A stretch of 64,000 nucleotides of DNA from the human T2T-CHM13v2.0 reference genome, Homo sapiens. Shown here piece after piece: positions 28,545 to 53,117 of this stretch (position 1 is the first letter of the stretch; the number at the start of each line of letters is the position of its first letter). The DNA lies in assembly GCF_009914755.1 (NCBI RefSeq), contig NC_060926.1. The stretch is one strand, 5' to 3'. The notes below the pieces were generated by a model, which worked only from the letters and a program-made list of their open reading frames with translations, ran no database searches and was not told the origin of the DNA. The position numbers were made by a program, and so were the translations under genes.

Positions 28545-29187
28545 TTATAAAATAAATTTTCCATATTTTCTTCTAGTACTGTCATATTTCACTTTTTACA
28601 TTAACATATTTGATCCACCTGAAATGTATTTTAATATAAGACATGAGGTATTGCTGGGCGTGGTGGCTCATGCCTGTAATCTCAGCACTTTTGGAGGCCA
28701 AGGCAGGATGATCACTTGATTCCAGGAGCACAAGATCAGCCTGAGCAACATAGTGACACCCCATTTCTACAAATAATAGTCTAAAAATATTAGCCAGGAG
28801 TGGTGGTGTGTGCCTGTGGTCCTAGCTACTCAGGAGACTGACAGGAGTATCACCTGAACCTGGGAGCAGTGAGCCATGATCACACCACTGCACTCCAGCC
28901 TGGGTGACAGAGTGAGACCCTGTCTCAAAAAAAAAAGATATTAATATAATTTTTCCTCTAGGCAGATGGTATTCCAGTTACGCCAACACCAGTGGAAGTG
29001 GCAGATTTATTACGTACTGAATTATCGTGTGGACTTGGGTCTAATTCCATGTTTCCTGGGCACATTTGAGACCTCTGCACTTCTCAAACCTCTGACTCTG
29101 ACATCTCCCCTCTTTTCATCAGATGACCTTGCCTTTTAATTCAAAGAGCACGTGGAAGGACTCGTGGGAAGAGCACCTCCAGTTTAA

Positions 29188-29614
<427 letters not shown>

Positions 29615-30289
29615 TAGCTCCATGGCCTTTTAAATGGGCTCAAGACTTTTACGTGTTGAAAACAAACAAAAACAAGAAACTCCTTCAACCCCATGAACCT
29701 CTTCAGCTGTGTCCCTACTCTCATCCCACAGCCACATTCCCTGAGGGAATTGTAGTCTCTGCAGTCCCGTTCCCCAGTTACTCCTCAAGACCCTGCACCC
29801 CACTCATCCAGAGTCAGAAATAGTGGAGAGTTCTTGGTCTTGCTTGGTGTCTGGTCTGTCCTCCCAGCTCTGAACGACCACATCCTCTGCCAACATCAAG
29901 CAGGACTTCAGCTGGACAGGATGTGGCTCATGACAGCCACTTTCACATGGTTCCCAGAAGGGGAGCCAAAGGGTAGGAGGTCTCAGAGGTGGCAGCCTTC
30001 AGTCTCCTGCGAGAGGGAGAGGAGCCGCTGGTCTTCTCTTCCGCAAGTGACCAGTCAGGAGTCCGAGTCCACCCACAGAGGTTGCAGAAAGCAACAGGGC
30101 TTGCTCCAAAAGCCTGAACATCACTGGGGTCTGGGGCTGTAAGGGGGTACCGGGGGGCTCATGAGAGGGCAGTGTAAGTGCCTTCCTGCCCATCTTCAAG
30201 CCAGGCCCTGGAGCCAGCCACCTGCCTCAGCAATTTCCCCATTGCCAGTTCCAGGCCAGGTGAGACTCGTAAAATCACTCACAAAGCAG

Positions 30290-30860
30290 AATGTGTAGTC
30301 AGAGCTGGGGAAGCACCAGCCTGAGGGGCAGGAGGCTAAAGTCAGGAGCTGTGTACTAAGCAATTCACACGCTCCCTCTCCCCAGAGAGATCTGGCCTTT
30401 GTGCCTTTGTCCTGGCTCCTGGAAGACCACACCTGATGGTTTACCGTTACCCTAATGAGGTGACTCATGATGGGCCCCTGAGGGCGAGAGCTGTCAGAGC
30501 AACCCCCGGGGCGAAGAAACAAGCTAGAGACCCAGTTCAACCTCACAGGCAATGATTCCATCACCCTGCCCACAGAGGGAAACTGCAACACAAATTCTGA
30601 CATCAAAGCCCGGGGAAGCTTCCGTGGTTGGCGGTACTCTGCGAATTGTCATACATCACAGCAAGGAGGAGGTGATGCCACACCCGTTGGCGGTACTCTG
30701 CGAATTGTCACACATCACAGCAAGAAGGAGGTGATGCCACACCGGTGGCTGCCAGCTCCTCATCAGGACCCTCCCTGGACTCTACCCTGTGTCTCTTCCT
30801 TTGGCTGGTTCTAATTAGTATCCTTTCCCGTTCATAAACATGGGGGCAATAGTGCTGTGC
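30290..30860 (+). mobile_element. Old ERVL LTR fragment (MER21/MER77-like) containing a 59-bp tandem duplication
   Basis: CTAATGAGGTGACTCATG and TCTTCCTTTGGCTGGTTCTAATT.GTATCCTTT motifs. Duplication at 30627-30685 / 30686-30743. Confidence 0.45.
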
Positions 30861-31565
30861 TTAAGGAAGCACCAGCAATTGGAGGTGAACCCAGACAGGA
30901 AGAATCCAGCCCCAGCCTTGTCCCGCCGTCTGAGGATGACACCAGGAAGTCCTGACCTCCCAGGACCTGAAGCAGAAGGGCGCTTGGTATGGTGACATGG
31001 GCGGGACGGTCTGCCACTGGGTCGACCAGCCCACCTTTGTGATGAACCTAAGTAGATTAATTTCATTTTCTGGGAGGGTGTAGTGGGTGGAGGGCACAGA
31101 TAGTCAGCCAAAGTATCATCCCAGACCCAAAGAATCAGGGGATCTGTTTGCTTTTTCAATAAAAAGAGATGGGGGTAAGTTTGTGCAGATACGAGGAGCA
31201 CTTAAAATCACAGGTAGAATAATAGGAGAAGAACAGAATTGTCTGAGTTTAGTGCAAGGAGAGGGAGAGGCCTCAGAGCCACTGGGGCAAACCCCAGCCC
31301 TTGCAAACAACGCTTCCTCAACACCCGTAGGCAGCCATGGTTTTTTCGGATGGATCTAGCTTGGGGCAACCACAGCTTAAGGAAGAACTAGGGGTACCGT
31401 GTCTTCAGCTGGGGAGCAGAGCCCACAGGCCTGCTGAGCCCTCAGCCTCCAGTTCCCCGGTGGGGCCTTCCAGCTTCACTGCTTCCTCAGAGCCTGTGGG
31501 AACATTGCTACCTCCACCCTTCACCATGATTGGTGTGGGCCTTTGCATTATCCTCTGTTAACCTG

Positions 31566-31750
31566 CAGGTGGTCTTAACCTGGGGTCCACGAATGCCCAC
31601 AGGGTCCACAGAGAGCATTCAGGGGACTCATATGCATGGATGGGAATAAATAGACATCTTTGTTTTCACCAACCCTTAACTTTTCTTCAAAATTTGTTAA
31701 GGTAGTGGCAAAAAACCACAATAGTATTAGCAGTTCTGTGACTTTGTCAC
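31566..31750 (+). mobile_element. hAT Charlie4-like DNA transposon, 5' terminal piece
   Basis: CAGGTGGTCTTAACCTGGGGTCCA start and ACCACAATAGTATTAGCAGT.CTGTGACTTTGTCAC match the recalled Charlie4a consensus. Confidence 0.6.
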
Positions 31751-31796
31751 TATATCAGTCAGATCGCAACCAGAGAAACACAACCAGCAGGAGGTA

Positions 31797-34024
<2,228 letters not shown>

Positions 34025-34420
34025 CTATCATACCACATTACAGTTGTAGTATTGAAGAAAGAGACATATGATAAATACGTATTATCCAGTTTCAGTTTTG
34101 GCAATGAATATGACAGTCCACAAAAGCCACCATGTTTTTTGTGCTGAAAAATTCTTGTGAATGGAAGAAGGAAACCAGCAAAATGAAAAGGATCCCTTCT
34201 GAAAATGCATTTAAAGATGCAAGGGTTTTTTTGTGTAAGGAAAGCTCAATTCAAAAATAGCTGGGGCCAGGTGTAAGGGGCTCACACCTGTAATCACAAC
34301 ATTTTGGAGTGCCAAAGTGGGAGGACAGCTCGAGACCAGGAGTTCGAGACCTACCTGAGCAACATAGCAAGACCCTATCTCTTTAAAAAAAAGAGAGAGA
34401 GAGTTGGAGCACTTGATTTT

Positions 34421-37163
<2,743 letters not shown>

Positions 37164-37352
37164 TGATTAGTTTTGACAATTGTGTACATCTTGTGTAATC
37201 ACCACCCCTTTCAAGACATAGAATATTTTCAACACCCCAGAAAATTCCCTGGGTGCCTTTCCATTCAATCTCTACCCTACCCCTGGAGACACCCACTTTT
37301 CTCTTTTATCACTTTCAAAATTTTTTTCTCATTATTATTTATTAATAATTTC

Positions 37353-38871
37353 TTTTTTTAATTTTTCAAAAATTCTTTTATTCTCTAGTTATACACACAT
37401 ACTCACTTTCAAATAAAATTCTATATTAGAAGGAAAGGTCTCTTTGTAAGGCATAATATTGACTTTTTCTTATGAGAAAACAGGAAATATCATTGGTGCT
37501 TTTAAAAAAGTGAAAGCATGAGAGAAAAATCAGGGCTCCATGTAGAGAAGTCTAATTGTTTCTCTACAAAAACCAACTGGAATACAGGATAGCTCTGTCC
37601 TACAGCAACCTAAAACACAACCTCCCTTGATGTACATATAGAAAATACATGTCTTGTGGCCGGGCGTGGTGGCTCATGCCTGTAATCCCAGTACTTTGGG
37701 AGGCCAAGGTGGGCAGATCACAAGGTCAGGAGATCGAGACCATCCTAGCTAACACGGTGAAACCCCGTCTCTACTAAAAATACAAAAATTAGCAGGGCGT
37801 GGTGGTGGGTGCCTATAGTCCCAGCTACTCAGGAGGCTGAGGCAGGAGAATGGTGTGAACCCGGGAGGCGGAGCTTGCAGTAAGCCGAGCTCACGCCACT
37901 GCGCTTCAGCCTGGGCTACAGAGCGAGACTCTGTCTCAAAAAAAAAGAAAAAAAAAAAAGAAAGAAAGAAAGAAAATATATGTCTTAACCAACTTGGGGT
38001 TATTCTTTTTTCAACCTGGATTCAGCCTCAGGCTGCTGTTGACAACAGTGCTCCTCTCTGGGGCGAGGCTGGAGGGCTTGCATTGCACTGGAAGGGCATG
38101 AGGCACCTACTGCCACAGCAGAGAATCAAAGGACCATAACTCTCCCTTGGGGGTTGAAGAATTCTTTAAAGTCTGAATATTTGGGGAACACAGAGCAAGG
38201 CTGTGCCCTGATTTTCCCTTTCTGAAAGTCACACTTAAAACATTTCTGTTCTACAAATTTCCATATATCAAAAGATGCTGTAGAATTTAATTCATACTGT
38301 CTTCTCAAAAGGAAGAGGAAAAAAAAACAGTTCTTCATAGGAGTCTTTTCTTTTTTGGTGTCTTAAATGCCAATGATCACAAAAACTTCCAGCTTCTCTT
38401 CATTATAGACCTGCATTGCTGAATATGTTATTGCCTTGACTTCTGTTCCCTGAGGATGCTTGGACAATGAAAACTCTTCTCCCCACCCAATTGATCATAA
38501 TTTGAAATTTCTTTGATCAATACTAAGTACTTTCACTTTCCGGGGTATGAAGAATTCATCAGCACTGAACTTATAAAGCCATTCATCCAAAAAGTGAAAC
38601 AGAAGAGTCTGTAAGTCATTTCCTTGGGTTTCTACTTCTACTGTTGGGAGGGGCTCCACTGTCCCAGTATCTGTCATGTAACCAAACATGGCCATTGCAC
38701 ATTGCTCGAATGCTTCCTCCAGAGTATCTCCCCATGCGTGTAACTGCACATCCGCCGTATGATCCAAATACTCGTACTTCCTATTGACTGGCGGATACTT
38801 GGCCTTGATCGCCTTCTGTTCCTCAGTCAAATTGTAATCTCTAACATCTTCCTCTGCCTGCGCCATGACTC
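37353..38871 (-). pseudogene. ZBTB8OSP2: Processed pseudogene of ZBTB8OS (archease); CDS 38866-38363 with one premature TGA
   Basis: Intronless MAQAEEDVRD...YLDHTADVQLHAWG. TGA at 38495-38497, after which the frame resumes SIGWGEEF...EVKAITY...VIIGI*. AATAAA (-) at 37377-37382, T-tail, 15-bp TSD TTTATTAATAATTTC (37338-37352 and 38872-38886). The P2 suffix is recalled. Confidence 0.92.
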
Positions 38872-39172
38872 TTTATTAATAATTTCAACTTTTAGGCCGG
38901 GTGTGGCGGCTCATGCCTGTAAACCCAGCACTTTGGGAGGCTGAGGCAGGCAGATCACCTGAGGTCAGGAGCTCCAGACCAGCCTGGCCAACATGGTGAA
39001 ACCCTGTCTCTACCAAAAATACAAAAATTAGCCAGGCGTGGTCATGGGCGCCTGTAACCCCAGCTACTGAGGAGGCTGAGCAGGAGAATCGCTTGAACCC
39101 AGGAGGCGGGGTCGCAGTGAGCCGAGATTGCACCACTGCACTCCAGCCTGGGCAACAGAGCAGACTCCATCT

Positions 39173-39206
<34 letters not shown>

Positions 39207-39207
39207 A

Positions 39208-39928
<721 letters not shown>

Positions 39929-40458
39929 TGAGCCACTGTGCCCGGCCAATAGTTGGTTTTTCAACCCTTTTCCTCCTTCCTTCCCCATCTAGTAGTCCCC
40001 AGTGTCTATTGTTGCTGTCTTTATGTCCCTGAGTACCCAATGTTTAGTTCCCACTTACAAGTAAGAACATGTGGTATTTGGTTTTCTGTTCCTTAGTTAC
40101 TTTGCTTAGAATAATGCCTCCAGCTGCATCCATGTTGCTGTAAAGGACATGATTTCATTCATTTTTTTTTTATGGCTGTATAGTATTGCATGGTGTATAT
40201 GTACCACATTTTCTTTATCCAGTCCACCATTAATGGACACTGAGGTTGATTCCATGTCTTTGCTATTGTAAATAGCGGTGTGAAAAACATACAAGTGTAT
40301 GTGTCTTTTTGGTAGAATGATTTATTTTATTTTAATATGTATAATATATTATATACTTAATATATAATTTACAGTGGCTCACACCTGTAATCCTAACATT
40401 TTGGGAGGCCGAGGCAGGCAGATCGCCTGAGGTCAGGAGTTCGAGACCAGCCTAATCA

Positions 40459-40572
<114 letters not shown>

Positions 40573-40577
40573 TCAGG

Positions 40578-40580
40578 AAA

Positions 40581-40621
<41 letters not shown>

Positions 40622-40650
40622 ACACACACACACACACACACACACATACA
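40578..40650. repeat. Compound microsatellite A(n)-(TA)n-(CA)n in an Alu tail
   Basis: Seen directly. Confidence 0.95.
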
Positions 40651-40659
40651 TATAATTTA

Positions 40660-40908
<249 letters not shown>

Positions 40909-40979
40909 CTACAGCCTGGGTGACAGAGTGAGACTCCATTTCAAATAATAATAATAATTTAATATATTATATATATTTA

Positions 40980-41925
<946 letters not shown>

Positions 41926-42109
41926 AAAAGAAAAATATATTTTATGTATATTTACATATATTTCTTTTAATAATATATATACCCAGGAATGGATTGCTGG
42001 ATCGAATGGTAGTTCTGCTTTAAGTACTTTTAGAAATCTCCAAACCAGCCGGGCGCAGTGGCTTATGCCTGTAAACCCAACGCTTTGGGAGGCTGAGGCA
42101 TGTGGATCA

Positions 42110-42368
<259 letters not shown>

Positions 42369-42424
42369 CTAGTTTACATTCCCACCAACAGCATATAAGT
42401 GTTTTCTTTTCTCCGCAGCCTTGA

Positions 42425-42798
<374 letters not shown>

Positions 42799-42945
42799 TG
42801 ATTGTGGTTTTGATTTGCATTTCTCTGATGACTAGTGATGTTGAGCATTTCTTCATGTTTTTTGGCCACTCTTGTCTTATTTATTTGTTTGTTTGTTTGT
42901 TTGTTTTTTTATTTTTTGAGACGGAGTTATGTTCTTGTTGCTTAG

Positions 42946-43248
<303 letters not shown>

Positions 43249-43627
43249 TAATGGAGTTATTTGTTTTTTGTTTGTTGAATTCTTTAAGTTCCTTATAGAT
43301 TCCGGATATTAGACCTTTGTCGACTGCATGGTTTGCAAATATTTTCTCCCATTCTGTAGGTTTTCTGTTTACTCTGACAACCACTTTTCTGATTTCTATG
43401 ACCAGTGATTAGTGTTCTTGTTAGTTCTAGATTTTGTCACTCTACATAAGATTTTTGAGTCATCCACGTTGTTGAATGAATAAGTAGGTTTTTAAAAATT
43501 GTTAAGTAGGCTGGGTGCAGGGGCTCGTGCCTTTAATTCCAGCACTTTGGAAGGCCAAAGCAGGAGGATCACTTGAGCACCAGGAGTTTGAAACCAGCCT
43601 GGGCAACATAGGGAGACTCCGTCTCTA

Positions 43628-43807
<180 letters not shown>

Positions 43808-44099
43808 CTAAGTGATGTTCCATTGCCTTAATATACTACAGCTTGTTTATCCATTCTCCTCCTGATGGACATTTGAGTTCTTTCCAGTTTTGGGCTATTA
43901 TGAATAAAGCTGCTACAAACATTGTTACACAAGTCTTTTTGTGGACATATGTTTTCACTTCTCTTGAGAAAATATTTAGGAGTGGAATTGAGTCATAAGA
44001 GTAGGTATACATTTAAGTTTATACTCTTATAAACTGTCAGAGTTGGTGTGTGTTTAACTTTATAACAAATGGTCAAACACTTTTCCAAAATGGCTGAGC

Positions 44100-44596
44100 C
44101 GCTACAGTAGGTAGCTAGTCAGGTATGAGCAGGCCAGGAGAAGGCTCCCCACACACACTAGGAGTGTCGGGCAACCATCAGGTGATGGTCAGGTGGTTGT
44201 TAACTGTCTCTCTAAAGTAATAATTGATCACAGCCAGTGCAGGGAAAGGCCGTCTCTTAATAGATGGAAAACACCTGAAATTGGTGACCAGCAGCTTTCC
44301 AATAAGATCCAAGGAATGGGGAGAACAAGACTCCGGAAGTAGGCCAATGTGCAAAACCCCAAGTCGAGACGTCGAGCTGTGCACTAGGGTCTCTTGAGTC
44401 GCCCGCTTGGCCCTCTTCCAAGTGTACTTTCCTTCCTTTCCTTACTGCTCTAAAGCTTTTTAGTAACTCACTCCTGTTCTAAAACTTGCCTTGATCTCTC
44501 TCCTTATGCCTTACGGCCCTCAGTCGAATTCTTTCTTCTGAGAAGGCAAGAACGGAGGTCGCCGCAGACTCATACAGGTAACTACCACCACTAACA
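44100..44596 (+). mobile_element. MER50-like solo LTR inserted in L1
   Basis: TACAGTAGGTAGCTAGTCAGG start; GAATTCTTTCTTCTGAGAAGGCAAGAA and CTAACA end. Confidence 0.7.
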
Positions 44597-44628
44597 GTGC
44601 CATTTCATATTCTAACAGCAATATATGA

Positions 44629-45143
<515 letters not shown>

Positions 45144-45356
45144 TGAGTCTCGCTCTGTTGCCCAGACTGGAGTGAAGTGGCGTGATCTCAGCTCACCACA
45201 ACCTCCACCTTCCAGGTTCAAGCAATTCTCCTGCCTCAGCCTCCCAAGTAGCTGAGATTACAGGCATGCACCACCATGCCCGGCTAATTTTTGTATTTTT
45301 AGTAGAGATGGGATTTCACCATGTTGGCCAGGCTGGTCTCAAACTCCTAACCTTAG

Positions 45357-45842
<486 letters not shown>

Positions 45843-46123
45843 TGAGCCACCATACCTGGCCTCTTTTTTAATTGATTAATTAATTTTTTAAAAAGAGATG
45901 AGGTCTTGCTCTGTTGTCCAAGCTGGTCTTGAACTCCTGGGCTCAAGCAATCCTCCTGCCTCGGCCTCCTCCCCAAGTGCTGGGATTACAGGTGTGGGCC
46001 ACTGTACCTGGCCTTCTGTGCTTTTTTTTGCTGTCCAGATATCTTCTTTTATAAAGTATCTGTTCAAGCCTTTAGTCCATTTTGTTATCAATTGTCTTTT
46101 TATTATGGATTAGTAATTCTTTA

Positions 46124-46222
<99 letters not shown>

Positions 46223-46737
46223 TCACTTGAGTTCAGGAGTTTGAGACCAGCCTGGCCTCAAACTGTGTTTGAGACACAGTAAAACCCCGTCTCTACCAAA
46301 AATACAAAAAAAACTAGCCGGGCGTGGTGGCACACGCCTGTAATCCCAGCTATTGGGGAGGCTGAGGCAGGAGAATCGCTTGAACCCAGGAGGCGGAGGT
46401 TGTAGTGAGATCATGCCACTGCACTCTATCCTGAAAAAGACTCTGTCTCAAAAGAAAAAAAAGTATTGCATTGCATTGTAAAGATTTTCTCCCAACCTGT
46501 GGCTTGTCTCTTCATTTTCTCAACAGTGTCTTCTAATGAGCAGACATTTTAGTTCTGATGAGTCCAGTTTATCTTTTTTGTCTCATTTATGGTTAATGCC
46601 TTTTGTATCCTCTCTAAGACATCTTTCCCTACCCTTAATCATAAAGATATTCTTCTTTGCTTCTAAAAGCTTTATGATTTTAGGCTTTGTATTTATATCT
46701 ATAACCTGTCTCAAATTAATTCTTGTATATAATATGA

Positions 46738-46893
<156 letters not shown>

Positions 46894-49093
46894 TAGCTTG
46901 GATTACAGGCATGCCCCACCATGCCCAGCTAATTTTTGTATTTTTGGTAGACATGGGGTTTCACCATACTGGCTAGGCTGGTCTCGAACTCCTGACCTCA
47001 ACTGATCCACCTGCCTGGGCCTTCTAAAGTGCTGGGATTACAGGTGTGAGCCACTGAGGCTGGCCAAGAATACCTTTTTTTTTTTTTTTTGGTCTCTGTC
47101 GCCCAGGCTGGAGTGCAGTGGTGTGATCCTAGCTCACTGCAGCCTCGACTTCTTGGGCTCAAGCAGTCCTCCTGCCCAGCTTCCCGAGTAGCTAGGACTT
47201 TAGGTGCACGCCACTATGCCCCACTAATTTTATTTTTTGTAGAAATGGAGTCTCCCTATGTTGCACAGGCTGGTCTCAAACCCCTGGGCTCAAGCCTAAC
47301 AAAGTGCCAGGATTATAGGTTGGAGCCACTGCACTCAGCCCATATGAATATCCAGTTTTCAAAACACTATTTGATGAAAAGACTCTTTTCCCATTGAATA
47401 CCTGCGTACCTTTATTAAAAATAAATTAACTATATATATGAGGAATGGTTTATTGACTTTCTAGTCTGTGTCACTGATGTATATATTTTCCCTATAACAA
47501 TACCACGCTATTTTTTATTACTGTAGCTTTATATTAAACCTTAAAATCATTTAGTATAAGTCCTCCAACTTTGTTTCTTTTACTTTTTAAGATTGTTTTG
47601 AGCCAGGCACAGTGGCTCACACCTGTAATCTCAGCATTTTGGGAGGCCGAGGCGAGCAGATCACTTGAGCCCGGGAGTTTGAGACCAGCTGGGGCAACTT
47701 GGCAAAACCCTGTCTCTACAAAAAAATACAAAAATCAGCCAGGTGTGGTGTGTGCCTGTATTCCCAGCAACTTGGGAGGCTGAGGCAGGAGGATCACTTG
47801 AGTCTAAAGAGGTCGACGTTGCAGTGAGCCAAGATCATGCCACTGCACTCCAGCCTGGGCAACCAAGCGAGGCCCTGTCTCAAAAAAAAAAAAAAAAAAA
47901 AGATTGTTTTGGCTATTCTAGTGTTTTGCATTTCTATATAAGTTTTCAAATCATCTTGTCAAGTTCTTTTTGTTTTTGTTTTTGTTTTTTTGAGACGGAG
48001 TCTCACTCTGTCGCCCAGACTGGAGTGCAGTGGCAGGATCTCGGCTCACTGCAACCTCCCCCTCCTGGGTTCAAGCAATTCTCCTGACTCAGCTCCCGAA
48101 TAGCTGGGACTACAGGCACCCACCACCATGCCTGGCTAATTTTTGTATTTTTAGTAAAGATGGGGTTTCACCATGTTGGCCAGGCTGGTCTCGAACTCCA
48201 GACCTTGTGATCCGCCCACCTCGGCCTCCAAAAGTGCTGGGATTACAGGTGTGAGCCACCGTGCCCGGCCCATCTTGTCAATTTCTATTCAAAGCTTTTC
48301 TGAGATTATGTTGATTGGGTTGAATCTGTAAATAAGCTTGGAGAGAACTGACACGTTAACAATATTAAGTCTTTTAATTTACAAACATGGTGTATCTCTC
48401 CAGTTATTTAGTCAATTTCCCTCGACAATGCCCTGCTCACCTTGTATTAAATCTATTCCTCAGTATTTTGTTTTTCTTAGTGAAATTACAATAATTTAAA
48501 AATTTTCTATTTTCCAGTCATTTGCTGTTTGGTATATATGTGAAACCAATTTTTACATATTGATTTTATGTCCTTGAAACCTTGGTACTTTTGCTTATTA
48601 TGACAGTTTTTTGTAGATTCTCAATGATTTTTCTAAATATGTAATCATATTATCTATGAATAATGACTGTTTTAGTTCTTTCTTCCCAATCTTTACACTT
48701 TTTATTTCTTTTCCTTGCCTTGTTGTACTGGACTTCCAACAGTGTTACTTGGAAATAGTGAAAACAGACACCCTTGCCTTGTTCATGATCTTAGTGGGAG
48801 ACTGTTCAATATTTTACTAGTAAGTGTGATATTAGCCTTAGGTTTTTCATAGGTGTTCTTTATCAGTCTGTTAAAATTTTGTTGAGTTTTGTTTATCACA
48901 ACTGTTAATTGTTGAAGTTTGACAAATGCTTTCTCTACTTTTATTTGGACAATTGTATTATTTTTGTCCTTTAATTCTATAATATGGTGAATTATTAGGT
49001 TGGTGGAAAAGTAATTGCTGTTTTGCCAATGAAATAATGGCAAAAACTGCAATTACATAATACATTGATTTTTCAAATGTTAACTAAACTTGA

Positions 49094-49294
<201 letters not shown>

Positions 49295-49459
49295 TAACAG
49301 GCGCCTGCCACCACACCCGGCTAATTTTTGTATTTTTAGTAGAGATGGAGTTTCACCATGTTGGCCAGGCTGGTCTCGAACTGACCTTAGGCGACCTGCC
49401 CACCTCAGCCTCCCAAAGTGCTGGGATTACAGGCATGAGCCATTGTACCCAGCCAGTAA

Positions 49460-49615
<156 letters not shown>

Positions 49616-49653
49616 TAATTTTTTTTCTTTTTTCTTTTTTTTTTTTTTTTTGA

Positions 49654-49809
<156 letters not shown>

Positions 49810-49812
49810 TAA

Positions 49813-50007
<195 letters not shown>

Positions 50008-50064
50008 TAGACTTAAGCAATCCTCCTGCTTCGGCCTCCTAAAGTGCTAGGATTACGGGCATGA

Positions 50065-50403
<339 letters not shown>

Positions 50404-50889
50404 TGATCTTGAACTCCTAGCTTCATGATCTGCCCACCTTGGCCTCCCAAACTACTGGGATTACAGGCGTGAGCCACCGTGCCTGGCCCCAGCTTGCTAA
50501 TATATTTTTTAAATTTTTATGTTTATGTTTCATGAGGAATATTGGTCTTTTTTTGTAATGTCCTTGTCATATTTTGGTATCAGCACTCATAAAACAAATT
50601 GGAAAAAGTTTTCTTTTCTTCTCCTTTCTGAAATATAGTTTGTGTAAGATTGGTATTATTTCTTCTTTCAACATTTTTTAGAATTTACTCATAAAGCCAT
50701 CTGGGCCTGGAGTTTTCTCTGTGGAAAGTTTAAATGATTAATTCAATTTCATCAGTACATGTAGGATTATTCATATTTTCCATTTCTTCTTGTGTACGTT
50801 TTGGAAACTTATGTTTTCAAAGAATTTGCTCATTTTATCTAAGTTGTTAAATTTTGTGAAGTAAAGCTATTCACAATATTCCTTCATTA

Positions 50890-51243
<354 letters not shown>

Positions 51244-52943
51244 CTATAATGTGATGATACCCCTTCTTTCATTCCTGATAATGGCTATTTGTGTTTTGTC
51301 TTCTTTTTTTCTTGATCAGTCTTGCTAGAGGACTATCAATTTTATCTTATTTATCCTTTCAGTGAACTGATTTTTGTCTTGATTTTTTTACATCATTAAT
51401 TGTTATTTTTATTATTTCCTTTTCCTATGTATTTCTTCTTTCTTTTTTACATGCTTAAGCTGGAAACAGACAGTTAACTTTAAAACTCTTTTTCTTTTCT
51501 AAAGTATTTTAAGTTATAAATTTCCATCTAAGAACTGCTTTAGCTGCATCCCAAAATGTGTTTTTATTGTCATTCATTTTGAAATAGTATCTAATTTCTC
51601 CCGTGATTTCTACTTTGATCCATTCAGAAGTGTTTTTCAGAAATGTAATTAATATACAAATGTTTAGGAGTATTCTAGGTATCTTATTATTCATTTCTAA
51701 TTTATTTCTGTTATATCAGATTGTATATTTTCCAATCCTTTGAAATTTCTTGAGATTTGTTTTGGAGCCTAGAATATTTTGGTGAATGTTTTATGTGCAC
51801 GTGAAAAGAAGATGTGTTTTTCAATAGCTAGACCTAAATGACCAACAGTTTTCAATTCTTCTATATCATTATTGATGTTTGTCTATTTACTTTATCTGTT
51901 ACTAAATGAGGGGTGTTAAAATCTCCAACTGTGATTGAAAATTTGTCCATTTCTCTTTATCAATTTTTTGCTTCACAGGTTATAAAACTCTGTTATTGTT
52001 TGCATGCACATTTAAGATTGCTATGTCTTTCTAGTAAATTTACCTTTTTTTCATTATGAAATGTTGCTCTGGGCCGGGCGCAGTGGCTCACGCCTGTAAT
52101 CCTAGCACTTTGGGAAGCCGAGGCAGGCGGATCACGAGGTCAGGAGATTGAGACCATCCTGGCTAACATGGTGAAAACCCGTCTGTACTAAAAATACAAA
52201 AAATTAACTGGGTGTGGTGGCGGGCGCCTGTAGTCCCAGCTACTCAGGAGGCTGAGACAGGAGAATCGCTTGAACCTAGGAGATGGAGGTTGCAGTGAGC
52301 CACTGCACTCCAGCCTGGGTGACAGCAAGACTCCGTCTCAGAAAGAAAGGTTGCTCTGGCCAGGTGTGGTGGCTCACACCAATAATCCCAGCACTTTGGG
52401 AGTCTGAGGCGGGAGATCACTTGAGCCCAGGCGTTTGAGACCAGCCTGGGCAACATAGCAAGACCCTGTCTCTATTAAAGAAAAAATTAAAAGAAAAAAG
52501 GAATTTGAAGGCAATTTCTATGCAGATTTTATGGTTTCCTCCTCTGTGTCTCCCTCATTTTCATTATTTCCCAAAATTTCCGACTCACACTCCAACCTGA
52601 TTCCTCAGCACAGTAAGACATCCACTTTCTGCTCTATTCCCCCGGAGTCACGCAAGTTGGGTGATGCCCTCAGGGGAAAAGCTGGTTAAACATGGGTCTC
52701 ATCCAGTGTGCTTCCCTTCTTTCCAGGATCGATACCATCTTCCCTGGGTTGCTCCAGTTTTCTATCTGGTATTATTGGAAGACAAATCAACTTTAGAAGT
52801 TGATCTTTAAATATTTCGCCCAGGGCCTGGTGCGATGGTTAATGCCTGTAATCCCAGCACTTTGGGAGGCTGAGGCAGGCGAATCACCTGAGGTCAGGAG
52901 TTTGAGACAGACTCGCCAGCATGATAAGACCTTGTCTCTACTA

Positions 52944-53117
<174 letters not shown>

